Below are positions 49,501-61,500 of a stretch of 64,000 bases of DNA, in pieces (position 1 is the first letter of the stretch; the number at the start of each line of letters is the position of its first letter). The notes beneath the pieces are model-generated. The model ran no database searches, was not told where the DNA came from, and saw only the letters and a list, made by a program, of their open reading frames with translations. A program made the position numbers and the translations under genes. The stretch covers positions 22,072,001 to 22,136,000 of the forward strand of contig CM060733.1 of the NCBI GenBank assembly GCA_030704615.1, given 5' to 3'. This stretch comes from Takakia lepidozioides. Taxonomy: Eukaryota; Plantae; Bryophyta.

Positions 49501-52500
49501 TCCAAACGTTTAAAACACTGACCTGAGCAGCCGCTTCTTCATAGCCAGTGGTACCATTAATCTGCCCACTGAAGAAAAGGCCCTCCAACTTCTTGGTCAT
49601 CAAGCTCCGAGAGCACTGGTGGGCAGGAAGATAGTCATATTCTACAGCGTACGCTGGCCTCAGCATTGCACACTGCTCTAGTCCGGGAAGTGTCCTTAGA
49701 AGTGGCAGTTGAAGCCTCTCTGGTAACCCTGTCGAAAAACCCTGGTTTCAGCGAGTCAAGCAAGAAGGCCATAAATCAGCAGGCCCTTTCTTTCCTTTGA
49801 TACGTAGATCGATTCAGAAAGTCTATGAAGTCTTGTGCTTTGGAGAGTGGCAAAGGAAGGATTAACTGTCAGAGCAAACCTGGAGTAACTTCAGATTTCC
49901 ATAACTTACTTCTGGGATCTTTCAACTCCTCCCCAAAGCATTGTGTTCTGCTGATTAGGTCCCAAGACTTATGTAAATAAGCGCAAGAGTAGGGACACGA
50001 TGTTTTCACTTGGGACATGATGTCCCAAGAATCATACAAATGATTGAAAGACTTAGGCTCCCCTATCACTGACAGTCACGATGAGCATCAAAAAATTGCA
50101 TTGACACAATCACACGATGCCAAAACACATTTAGTGACACGCATTGGTTTCAGGTTGTGACCCAAGATTCAACAAAGAGTCAGTTTGAGGGTGTCACAAA
50201 TTTTGGAAAAACACTCCCACCACAAGAGGTGGTGGTGTTCCTGTGACGAAGTCACAGGTGTTCCTCACCTATCTCTTCACAAAGATATGACATAGCAGAT
50301 GCACTCCTGCCATTGTCTTTCTTCCACATGTTCCTGCCCCTTCTTGCTCCACACATGTCAGTTTGTGACACCCTCTTGTGGCACTAACTTGTAACATTCA
50401 ATGGCTGAAAAACTTGGTCGAGGGACAAGTTTGGCTGCCATGTGAGTAACTGGGCACCACGTCCCAAGAACTCCAATGACACCTTGTCCCGATTGGCATG
50501 AAAACATTGCAACAGGGTTATGGGTACAAAGAATATACTCATAAGACTCTGTTTGCCGTAGCCTTGTGGCCATTGACCACGTGCCCAGTTTGAGCGGAAC
50601 ACAAAGGGACAGAACCTACCTTTGTCAGGGGCTGACGTCGGTAGTAAGACTTACCTTGAAATAAACAATTGATCCGGGTTTTCCAGATATCCTCTAAAAA
50701 TCCCTTCACACAAGCATCAATCTGCTGTGTGTGGTTTGCCCACTAACTAGGCCCCAAAAGGGCCTGGGGCTTTTGGCTCAGCCTCAGGACTTTCAAAATT
50801 GGTAAACAGAGGTACAGGCACAATCCCCTTGATAGATTTGAGGAGAGCGTCTCTCTAGTAAGAGAACCCGGGACAGTGAATCAGAAAATGAATATTGTCT
50901 TCAGGTTGCCCACACAACAGGCAATTGCACTCTCCCTTTCCTCTCTGCTTCTGTTTGCTGTTCAAAGGTAGGCTTCCCGCCCTGAGTTTAAATTTCAGTC
51001 TAGGGCCGAGAGTGGGTGGACCCTTGAGGTCGTCCATGATGTCCTCCCCCATGTCACAGGCTGGAAACAAGTTCAGGGAAGTTTTCTGCCTAACTTCATT
51101 TTCTTCAGACAATTTCCTGGCAACAGACATGGCTTTGGACACTGCAGCCTCCAAGTCAGATTTATCCAGCAGGGTCAAGACTTGCGGATTAAGATTCAGA
51201 TCCTTGAGAATCTCTTCTACTCACTTCCGCCAGGACTTAGCCTGTTTGACAGGGCGATCCTGTTTCCAAGATATAGAGTCGCTTAACTTAGGATATCTGA
51301 TGTTGGACATATGTTGCAGGTGACCCCACCATCTGACCATGAATTCGCCTCCTCGGGAGCTTAAGGAAGGGATGCCAAACTCACCCCGAACAGCCACATT
51401 GGCTGTTTTGGAGCATGCTGACATGCACTCCTTAAGCACCCCCACTTGAATGGATTCTAGAGACTTAGCCTGGTTGGAGTTATCAACCCATATTGCAAAG
51501 AAACAAAGAAACAAACCTGTACATAGAGCTCAGGTACTGTGCGGCCTTCAGGCTCCAGAAATATTTGATGAGACTCCTTGTCCTTGAACCTCACTATCTG
51601 CCCGCTCATCCACCCATCCAGCAACCACACGCAACAACCAAGACAAATTCACTTGCCAAAAACTTCTCCAAAACCACTGGACATGTCTCACACAAAAAGC
51701 ACACACTTCGTTAAATTCGCCTACTTGTAGCCATATGCATCAACCACATGTGTCTTAAGGTAGGAGATCATAACAGCAGCTATCTGTATCATGCTTCTAT
51801 TGTGATCACAAGATTCAGTTCTCTGTACCTCAAATGCCTGTGGCTGTGTGCAAAGCACTAGCACAATTACAAAATTTCGCAACCTCCTCCAGCAAAGCTA
51901 GCAGCTAGTTTATGACCTACTACATTTATTCATGGTCAATTACAACCTAGAAAAAGGGCTGTCGAGTTACTGGATACGCAACAAAAATTAGGTAATCATC
52001 CGTTAGAAGGTGAGATTGTGGTGGCCTGACTTGAAATGGCCATGTTTAATCCACCTATTTGCTCTCAGATGTGATGATAGTCCAGCAAGCAGTAAGAAAG
52101 CAGTGCGACCAAAAACAGAACATTAACAAGAAATCCAAGTCCGCTCTTTTGAGTTCACCTTGTCTTCAATGGAGGGGCAGTAGCGAGGACCCTTGGCATC
52201 CACCCAGCCACCATATGTAGGCGTCTCGAGTAAGTTGTCATTAATCAGTTGGTGGGTGGCTGGTGTAGTTCGTGTTAGATAGCAGGGCATCTGATTTCTC
52301 TCTATATGGACCGCAGGGTCCACACTGAACCACCTTACCTGTCAAACCAACCCATATGAAGGCAGAAGATCAGGCATTGGCCATGAAATGACTTTTCTGC
52401 AGGAGAAACTCTACTTGGGTGAAGTGCATGAATTAGTGGACTCTTGGGAGAGTTTCGTTTCCTCCGTGGCTGACAAGATCATTGGGAGGAAACTAATTGT

Positions 52501-55500
52501 CTGCGGTAGAGCAGTTAATTGGTGGACTAATGAGATTAAACTCAAGATAGCTGAGAGACGAGCCCTCTATAAAGAGTGCTGCAATTTGGAAACCAACAGA
52601 GAACTGTGGGCGAGGTACTACCAGCTCCGTAAAGATATCAATCAGCTTGTTAGGTCTCAGAAGAAATTATACTGGGACAAGTTATACAGTGAAATAAACT
52701 CAAACCACCATGGTGGTAATGACAAGAAATTCTGGTTGGCCCTTCAACGTTTGTACAAACCGAAAAACGGTCAGCAAGTACAAGCGCTGAAGACTACTAA
52801 AGGTGCAGTGGTGACTTCATCGGTTGACATTTGTCAAAACCTTTGAAACTCACTACAGTATCCTTGGCAGAACTTCTAGGTCTAACAGTGAGGGGTCTTC
52901 TGCTGAATGGAGGGACACAGTTGGAAAAACTGTTCCTATGATTCAAAACAGCCCTGATGAACTGGAGTATATTTCAATGGCTTATAATGCTCCCATTAGT
53001 TCTTCTGAGATTGTGGAAGCAATTGAACATTTAAATGGATATAAAGCTGGTGGACCTGATGGTATTGTCAACGAGCTTATCAAGCACGGTGGCGATCCCA
53101 TGATAGAGGCCCTAGTTCTCCTCTTTAACCTTATCTGGAAGACTGAAATGATCCCCTTTCGCTGGCGACAGGGGGTCATTGTCAATCTATACAAGAAGGG
53201 TGACAGAGAAGAACCGGGGAACTACCGTGGCATCACGCTCCTCAATGCTGTTGGCAAGACATTCTGCAGAGTTATAAGTACTCGTCTCGAGGTTGATCTG
53301 GAGTCTAGAGGTTGTTTCCACGAAGGCCAAGCTGGCTTTCGGCGAAACAGGGGCTGTGTGGATCATATCTTCACTCTAAGCCAGATTATCCAGGGAAGGA
53401 AAAAAGAAGGGAAACCCACTTATGTCTTTTTCCTGGATGTCAAAAAGGCTTATGACACAGTGTGGAGAGATGGCCTATGGTTCCGCCTCTGGTCTTGTGG
53501 GATCAAGGGAAAGATGTGGAGAGTTGTCCACAACTTGTATGCTCACACCAAAAGCTGTGTCACTGTTAACGACAGAAGTCCAACTTCTTTGACATAGATC
53601 AAGGTGTAGCTCAAGGATGTACTCTCTCCCCTCTGCTCTTCAATGTTTTCATCAATCAACTCCTCGAGGATGTGGAAAGTGAGGGATTTGGGTTAAGGGT
53701 GGGTGATACCACCATACCAGCCCTTATGTTTGCGGATGACTTCGCAGGCATAGGGGAGACTCCAACCAATCTCCAGGAGTTGATTGATTGCTCGAAGAGA
53801 TACTTTGATCTTTGGGGGCTAGAGGCTAATGTCAGCAAATGTGCAGTGGTAGCATTCAACGACAGAGGAGAGGGAGGACGTGATCTTAAGTGGCAGTGGG
53901 GTAGCCAAGAGATCCCGGTCCTCCCTTCCTACACTTACCTGGGCGTTGAGTTCTCCTCCAATTGTAATTGGGATGCACATATCCGGAAAGTTGTTCAAAC
54001 TGGCAAGGGCAAAGCTCTGGGGCTCACTAAATTTTTCCACTGCAGAGGGGTCAACTCTGAGGTTAAGAAAACCATGCTTTGTCGCGTTATTAGACCTGCC
54101 TTGGAGTACAGATCTATGGGTTGATAACTCCAACCAGGCTAAGTCTCTAGAATCCATTCAAGTGGGGGTGCTTAAGGAGTGTATGTCAGCATGCTCCAAA
54201 ACAGCCAATGTGGCTGTTCGGGGTGAGTTTGGCATTCCGTCCTTAAGCTCCCGACAAGATGAATTCAAGGTCAGATGGTGGGGTCAGCTGCAACATATGC
54301 CCAACACCAGATATCCTAAATTAATCGACTCTATATCTTGGAAACAGGACCACCCTGTCAAACAGGCTAAGTCCTGGCAGAAGAGAGTAGAAGAGATCCT
54401 CAAGGACCTGGGCCTGGATCCGCAAGTCTTGACCCTGCTGGATAAATCTGACTTAGAGGCTGTAGTGTCCTCAGCCATGTCTGTTGCCATGAGATTGTCT
54501 GATGAAAATGAAGTTAGGCAGAAAACTTCCCTGAACTTGTTTCCAGTCTGTGACATGGGGAGGACATCTTGGATGACCTCAAGGGTCTACCCACTCTCGG
54601 CACTAGACTGAAATTTAAACTCAGGGCAGGAAGCCTACCTTTGAACAGAAAACAGAAGCAGAGAGGAAAGGGAGAGTGCAATTGTCCGTTGTGTGGGCAA
54701 TCTGAAGACAGTATTCATTTTCTGATACACTGTCCGGGGTTCTCTCACCAAAGAGACGCTCTCTTCAAATCTATTAAGGGAATTGTGCCTGTACCCCTGT
54801 TTACCAACTTTGAAAGTCTCGAGGCTGAGCCAAAAGCCCAGGCCCTCCTGAGGCCTAGTTTTTGGGCAAATCACACACAGCAGATTGATGCTTGTGTGAA
54901 GGGATTTCTAGAGGATATTTGGAAAACCCGGATTAATTCTTTATATGGAGGTAAGTCTTACTACCAACGTCAGCCCCTGACAGAGGTAGGTTCTGTCCCT
55001 TTTGTTCCCGCTCAAACTGGGCGCGGGGTCAATGGCATGATCCCCTTTTGCTGGCGACAGGGGGTCATTGTCAACCTATACAAGAAACGTGACAAAGAGC
55101 CGGGGAACTATCGAGGCATCACGCTTCTCAATGCAGCCGGCAAGATACTTTGCAGAGTACTCGTCTCGAGGTTGATCTGGAACTAGAGGTTGCTTCCATG
55201 AAGGCCAAGCTGGCTTTCGAAGAAACAGGGGTTGTGTGGATCATATCTTCACTCTAAGCTAGATTATCCAGGGAAGGAAAATAGAAGGGCACCACAGTTT
55301 TGTCTTTTTCTTGGATGTCAAAAAGGCTTACGACACAGTGTGGAGGGATGATCTAGGGCTCCGACTCTGGTCCTCTGGGATCAAGGGAAAAGATGTGGAG
55401 AGTGGTCCATAACTTGTATGCTCACACCAAGAGCTGTGTCACTGGTAATGGACAGATGTTTAACTTCTTTGACATAGACCAAGGTATAGCTCAAGGATGT

Positions 55501-58500
55501 ACCCTCTCCCCTCTGCTCTTCAAAGTATTCATCAATCAACTCCTCGAGGATGTGGAAAGTGAGAGATTTGGGTTAAGGGTGGGTGATGCAACCATACCAG
55601 CCCTTATGTTTGCAGATGACTTTACAGGCATAGGGAGACTCCTTCCAATCTCCAGGAGTTGATTGATTGTGAGAAGGGAAACTTTGACCTTTGGGGGCTA
55701 GAGGCTAATGTCAGTAAATGCGCAGTGGTGGCATTCAACGACCGAGGTCATCTCAAGTGGCAGTGTGTAAGCCAAGAGATTCCCTTCCTACACATACCTT
55801 GGAAGTGAGTTTTCCTCCAACTGTAATTGGGATGCACATATTCAAAAAGTCGTTCGATCTGGCAACCGCAAAGCACTGGGTCCCACTAGATTTTTCCACT
55901 GCAGCAGATCAACTCTTTAAGTAGAGAGAACCCTACTTGTGAGTTTGGCATCCCTTCCTTAAGCTCCGGACGAGATGAATTCAAGGTCAGATGGTGGGAT
56001 CAGCTGCAACATATGAGATAACATAAGTTAATCGACTCTATATTTTGGAAGCAGGATCGCCCTGTCGAACAGGCCAAGTCCTGGCGGAAGAGAGTAGAAG
56101 AGATTCTCAAGGTTCTGAATCTAAGCCCGCAAGTCTTGACCCTGCTGGATAAATCTGACTTGGAGGCTGTAGTGTCCACAGCCACGTCTGTTGCCAGGAA
56201 ATTGTCTGATGAAAATGAAGTTATTCAGAAAACTTCCCTGAGCTTGTTTCCAGTCTGTGACATGGGAGAGGCCATCATGGATGACCTCAAGGGTTTAGCC
56301 ATCCTCGGCACTAGACTGAAATTTAAACTCGGGGCAGGAAGCCTACCTTTGAAACAGCAAACGGATGCAGAGAGGAAAGAGGGATTGCAATTGCCCGTTG
56401 TGTGGGCAACCTGAAGACAATATTCATTTTCTGATTTTTTGTCCTAGGTACTCTCCCGAGAGAGACGCCCTCTTCAAATCCATCAACGGAATTGTGCAGA
56501 ACCTCTGTTTACCAACTTTGAAAGTCTCGAGGCTGAGCCACAAGCCCAGGCCCTTTTGGGGCCCAGTTATCGGGCAAACCACGCACAGCAGATTGATGCT
56601 TGTGTGAAGGGATTTCTAGAGGATATCTGGAAAATTCGGATTAATTGTCTGTTCCAAGGTAAGTCATACTACCGGCGTCAGCCCCTGACAAAGGTAGTTT
56701 CTGTCCCTTTGTGTTCCGCTCAAACTGAGCGTGGGGATAGTGGCCACAAGGCTACGGCAAACAACATCTTATGAGTATATTCTCTCTCTCTCTCTCTCTC
56801 TTTCCCTCGCATTTATCTTGGTGGTGGCTAAGTTTCTGGTAACACGCTCAAGAATTGCCTGATCCCTGTCCCTCTCTCTATCCTTAAGTTTGGCTAACTC
56901 CACTCTTGGATTACCTAATCCTGTCGTGGTGTTGAGAATTGCTTGTTGAGGTACTCGTACGTTTCTGTTGGTAAGGCAAGGAGAATGGTATGTCCATGAA
57001 CGTTCCTAGTGAACAAACATGACATTTGATGGTGAACTAATCCATGATATCTTGTGCCAGGCCCTGGAGTAAATGTGTACACCTTCTACATGATCTGGTC
57101 AATCTACATTGCTCTCGTGGCTGGAGTACTGTAGCCAATGCCTTGTGTCAGAATTAGGAAACGTGAATTGAGAGGCTTGAGGATTTCTCTCTCTCTCTCT
57201 CTCTGTTTCTTGCCAATGGCCACAAGGCTACGGCAAACAACGTCTTATGAGTACAATCTCTGTTTCTTGCTTTCATCTTGATGGTGGCCAAGTTTTTGGT
57301 AACACCACTCAAGAATTGCCTAATCCAGTTATTCTGTTAGGATTTTTTCGAGGCTGAGCCAAAAGCCCAGGCCCTTTTGGGGTATTGGACAAACCACACA
57401 CAGCAGATTGATGCTTGTGTAAAGGGATTTCTAGAGGATATCTGGAAAACTTCCAAGGTAAGTCATACCGGCAAACAACGTCTTATGAGTACATTCTGTT
57501 AGGAGTTTTTTGCCTAGAATGGAACGGGATAACGGAAATGGACCATATCTTCAGCCAGATAATCCAGGGAAGAAAAAGAGAAGGAAAGCCCACTTTTGTC
57601 TTCTTCCGAATGTCAAAAAGGCTTATGACACAGCATGAAATGAAATGGTGCTTTATAACGTCCGCGGAAAGCTCATAGAGCTTATGGGACAAAATGGAAG
57701 AAAACATGAGAGGAACAAATCCAGAAACCACAATTAATGTTCTAGCGATTGTCTAAGGGTGAAGGCCTCGTGCGGGTAGGCTGCCAAGCATTTTTGATCC
57801 TCATAGTGGAAGACATCAGTGAGAGTTTGGGTTCCACTGAATAAACAGTGGAATCTCCCACGGATCTCGTAGTATAGAGGGCAGTAGAAGAAGTGTTCTT
57901 CAGTTCAATTCCTTGCTGCGCCCTATGCAAGCTGGACATAGGCGGTCCTCCCGTTGCAGGTTTTCCCATCTGCCAGTCTCTATCCGTAGGTTGTGGGAAC
58001 CCACCCTGAACCGCCCCAATGCCCTCAGGAGGGAAGGAGATAAGGATGCTGAAAGGTAATTTGGTCTCAAGATTCTATCATCTTGGAGCACCAAGAATGT
58101 CTTTCGATAGAAGTGGAGCTTTGTCGTGAGATTGGGTAGCTTCCAAGTTCTCTTGACATGTAGCTTCCATTCTCTTGTAATCAATAAGCTCTTCCTAATG
58201 TCTGTTGCCGTCATGTCTGGATGTGATGTCCACCTCATCTGGATTCATTGGTAATAGGAAAGCAGTAGAAAGTCCGTTACATTGAAATAAACTGTCCACT
58301 CGAGCATACCAGGAGTTCCTGAAACCTGCAGCTTTGAGCCTCATAGATGTTGTGTGGGCCCTTGCCACGACCCCCTTGGGTGGAAGGGCCTGTAATCTAT
58401 GGAGAAAGATTGTAAGCGGAAAGAGGGCCTCGGATTGCCATGGTACACATGCGAACTCTGCACCTAGGATCTGAGATGGTGTTGCTTGTGGAAGGGATTT

Positions 58501-61500
58501 CTAGAGGATATCAAGCCTGAACAAATGGTTGTTATCAAGGTAAGTCCCACTACTGGAGTCCCTCCCAAAGGTAGTGTCTGTTCCCTCTTGTCCCGCCCCA
58601 ACTGGGCACAGGGTCTATGGCCACAAGGCTGCGGCAACCATCGTCTTATGAGTACACTCTATCTCATAAGCTTGAGAGCAACAATAGCAAAAAGGCTCAT
58701 GGCTTTAAAGTTGCTCATTGCATTAATTAGTCTTATGTTTGTTTCAGTGGTTGTTTCTTGTTCTACTTGTTTCCCTTCCTTTGGCCTCCTGCCGATGTAA
58801 TAATTTTTTTCTCTCTCCAGACATGACCGCAACAGACTCATTAGGAGAGAGCTTATGGAATTACATGTCAAGAGAACTTGGAAGCTACCCAATCTCACGA
58901 CAAAGCTCCACTTCTATCGAGAGACATTCTTGGTGCTCCAAGATGATAGAATCTTGAGGCCAAATTACCTTTCAGCATCCTTATCTCCTTCCCTCCTGAG
59001 GGCATTGGGGCAGTTCAGGGTGGGTTCCCACAACCTACGGATAGAGACTGGAAGATGGGAAACCTGCAACGAGAGGACCGCCTATGTCCAGCTTGCATGG
59101 GGCGCAGCCAGGAAATTGAAACTGAAGAACACTTCTTCTTCTACTGCCCTCTATACTACGAGATCCGTGGGAGATTCCACTGTCTATTCAGTGGAACCCA
59201 ATCTCTCACTGAAGTCTTCCACTATGAGGATCAGAAATCCTTGGCAGCTTACCTGCACGAGGCCTTCACCCTTAGACAATCACTAGAAAATTAGTTCTTA
59301 TTCTTGGGTTCTGGTTTTGTTTCCTCTCTCATGTTCTTTTTCTTCCATTCTGTCCCACAAGCTCTATGAGCTTTCCGCGGACGTTATAAAGCACCATTTC
59401 ATTTCATTTCATTTCTCCCTCTCACCAGAACCCCTTGCACCTTCAGGAGAGAAGATAGTCAACATGCCATACGAAATACAAATAATCTTGTCATCCCTTA
59501 AAATTGCATAACCTCAAAACAACATTTCTGCCTTAAGAGTGAGTGTTGTGAGTGCCCTAAAGGTTTTTAGAAGGGCTGCTAATCACAACCTGGGACACTA
59601 ACCGCGTCACCGACAAACCAACTAAAGGAAAAGCCCCTGTCAAACTTAAGCTATCTTTCTGGAAACACGGGAGAGCATGAGAGAAACAAGACAAAATGAA
59701 AGAAATGAAATGAAATGGTACTTTAAGAATGAAAAAGAGAGACACAGCAAGATTGCTACCTCGTCATCACCTGGTTGTCGCTCCAACTTCATGAAATCTA
59801 CTGTACGAATGTCAACACGGGCTGGGGTGCCTGTCTTGAGCCGATCAGTTTCAAAGCCTAAGCCCTGGAGGTTCTCAGTGAGACCCTGTGATGCTGACTC
59901 GCCTGCCCTTCCTGCAGCCATCGAAGCCCGACCCACCCAGATCTTGCCATTCATAAAAGTGCCAGTTGTCAGCACCACAGAAGGTGCATAAAAATCAACT
60001 CCAAAAAAGGTGCGAACACCTGTCACATTGTCGTTGCTGCCCACCAAAATTTCAGTGACCATTGCCTCTCGTATATACAAGTTTGCAGTGCTGTTGCCAG
60101 AACAACATACGAATTAGGACAACAACAACTGAGTTTATGTTGATATAAAAGATTTGAACATCCCCGAAGAGACCCTGAAGAGAAAGAAAGGAACTTCATA
60201 GCATCCACCAGGCCCCAAGGCTCAAGTGACGAAGCAGAAACAACAGGAGACCAGTAAGAGTTAAAGAACAGAGTCCTCCTTGTTGTACTTTCAAGGTTCC
60301 TAGAGTGGGCTTCCAGATAAGACCTTGGTGGTGGGTCCACACAATCGCAAGTCCTTGGTTGAGACCAGATTGTGGCCTATCTTAAGGCTACACGGCATGT
60401 GGTATCAACTGGTGGGACAGCATGTCATCACACCTTGCTAAACTTGGTCCTTGAAAAGAATAGGGCACAGTTAAGTGGCGGAAAGGAGTATCCACCTGAG
60501 AGTATGAAGTAGTTTTGACAAGGTCAAGGAGGCAATCGTTCACATTAGCACTGGCAGCATTTGGATTTCTACAATCAAACAGCTCACCTAGGGGTAATAA
60601 CTGTTGAAATATACCATTGCACAGACTCCTGATAGCACTGCTCCAAGCTGAACAATGTTAGTGGAAAACTGTCTTATAGTCCGAACCTCCCTGTGTGCAA
60701 CATGCTCATTGGATGACACTTATATATGTCATGGGCATCCCTCTCTGACAACCAGCATCACCTTTCTACAAGAAGAAATCTAGCTTACCTGGCCTGAAAC
60801 CAGAAATTCATGCTGCACAGTATGTGAAGCAAAGGTCCAAGGGTTTGCCCTAAATCCGCAATGAACATGCCAAATCACTGGCAGAACATAAATGAGACAT
60901 ATTAATAACACTCATAAATGTGGCATCTATGTGATTCGTCTCTAAATGCAATAAGCAGCTTCCAAGACAGAATGAATAGTGTGACCGACCTTTCTACAAT
61001 CTTCTTCATTTCCATGGCATATTCTCTCTTGTCTGTCTGAGCCCTTAGTGCCCATACAGCAGGGCCTTTGGAGCGATTCAGTACCCTCTTTTGCAAATAG
61101 CATCTGTCATTGAGAGCACAGTATTAGTTCAATCAATGTGAGAGAGAGGGAAGGTCGAAGAGAGAGATAACCATTCACCATCCCCTCCTGATGTGACTAT
61201 GACTACCTTTCATAGTCGTGCAAGCCCTCCCAAAGCCAGTACTGGGGTGTTCACCGTGAAGAATACCAGCCCAGCCCAAAATCGAGCAAGAACAGCTCAC
61301 AAAATCCCAGACACATTGTTATCTAATCTTTTAATGAGAAAATGAAGAACATCAAGAATATTGAACAGAAAAACACAAACGCCCACTCACAGAAAACTAC
61401 ATCAAAAGACTCCAACCGTTGCTTGGAGACATACACGCGAGAGAAGGAAAAACAAAATACATATTTTGTCCACAAGGGAGAGCCAGGGGTTAGGGCTACC

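Noticed and set aside
58201-58830. Both family B copies truncated at the same 5' point
   Set aside because: The minus copy continues with RTEX-like coding sequence to about 58468.
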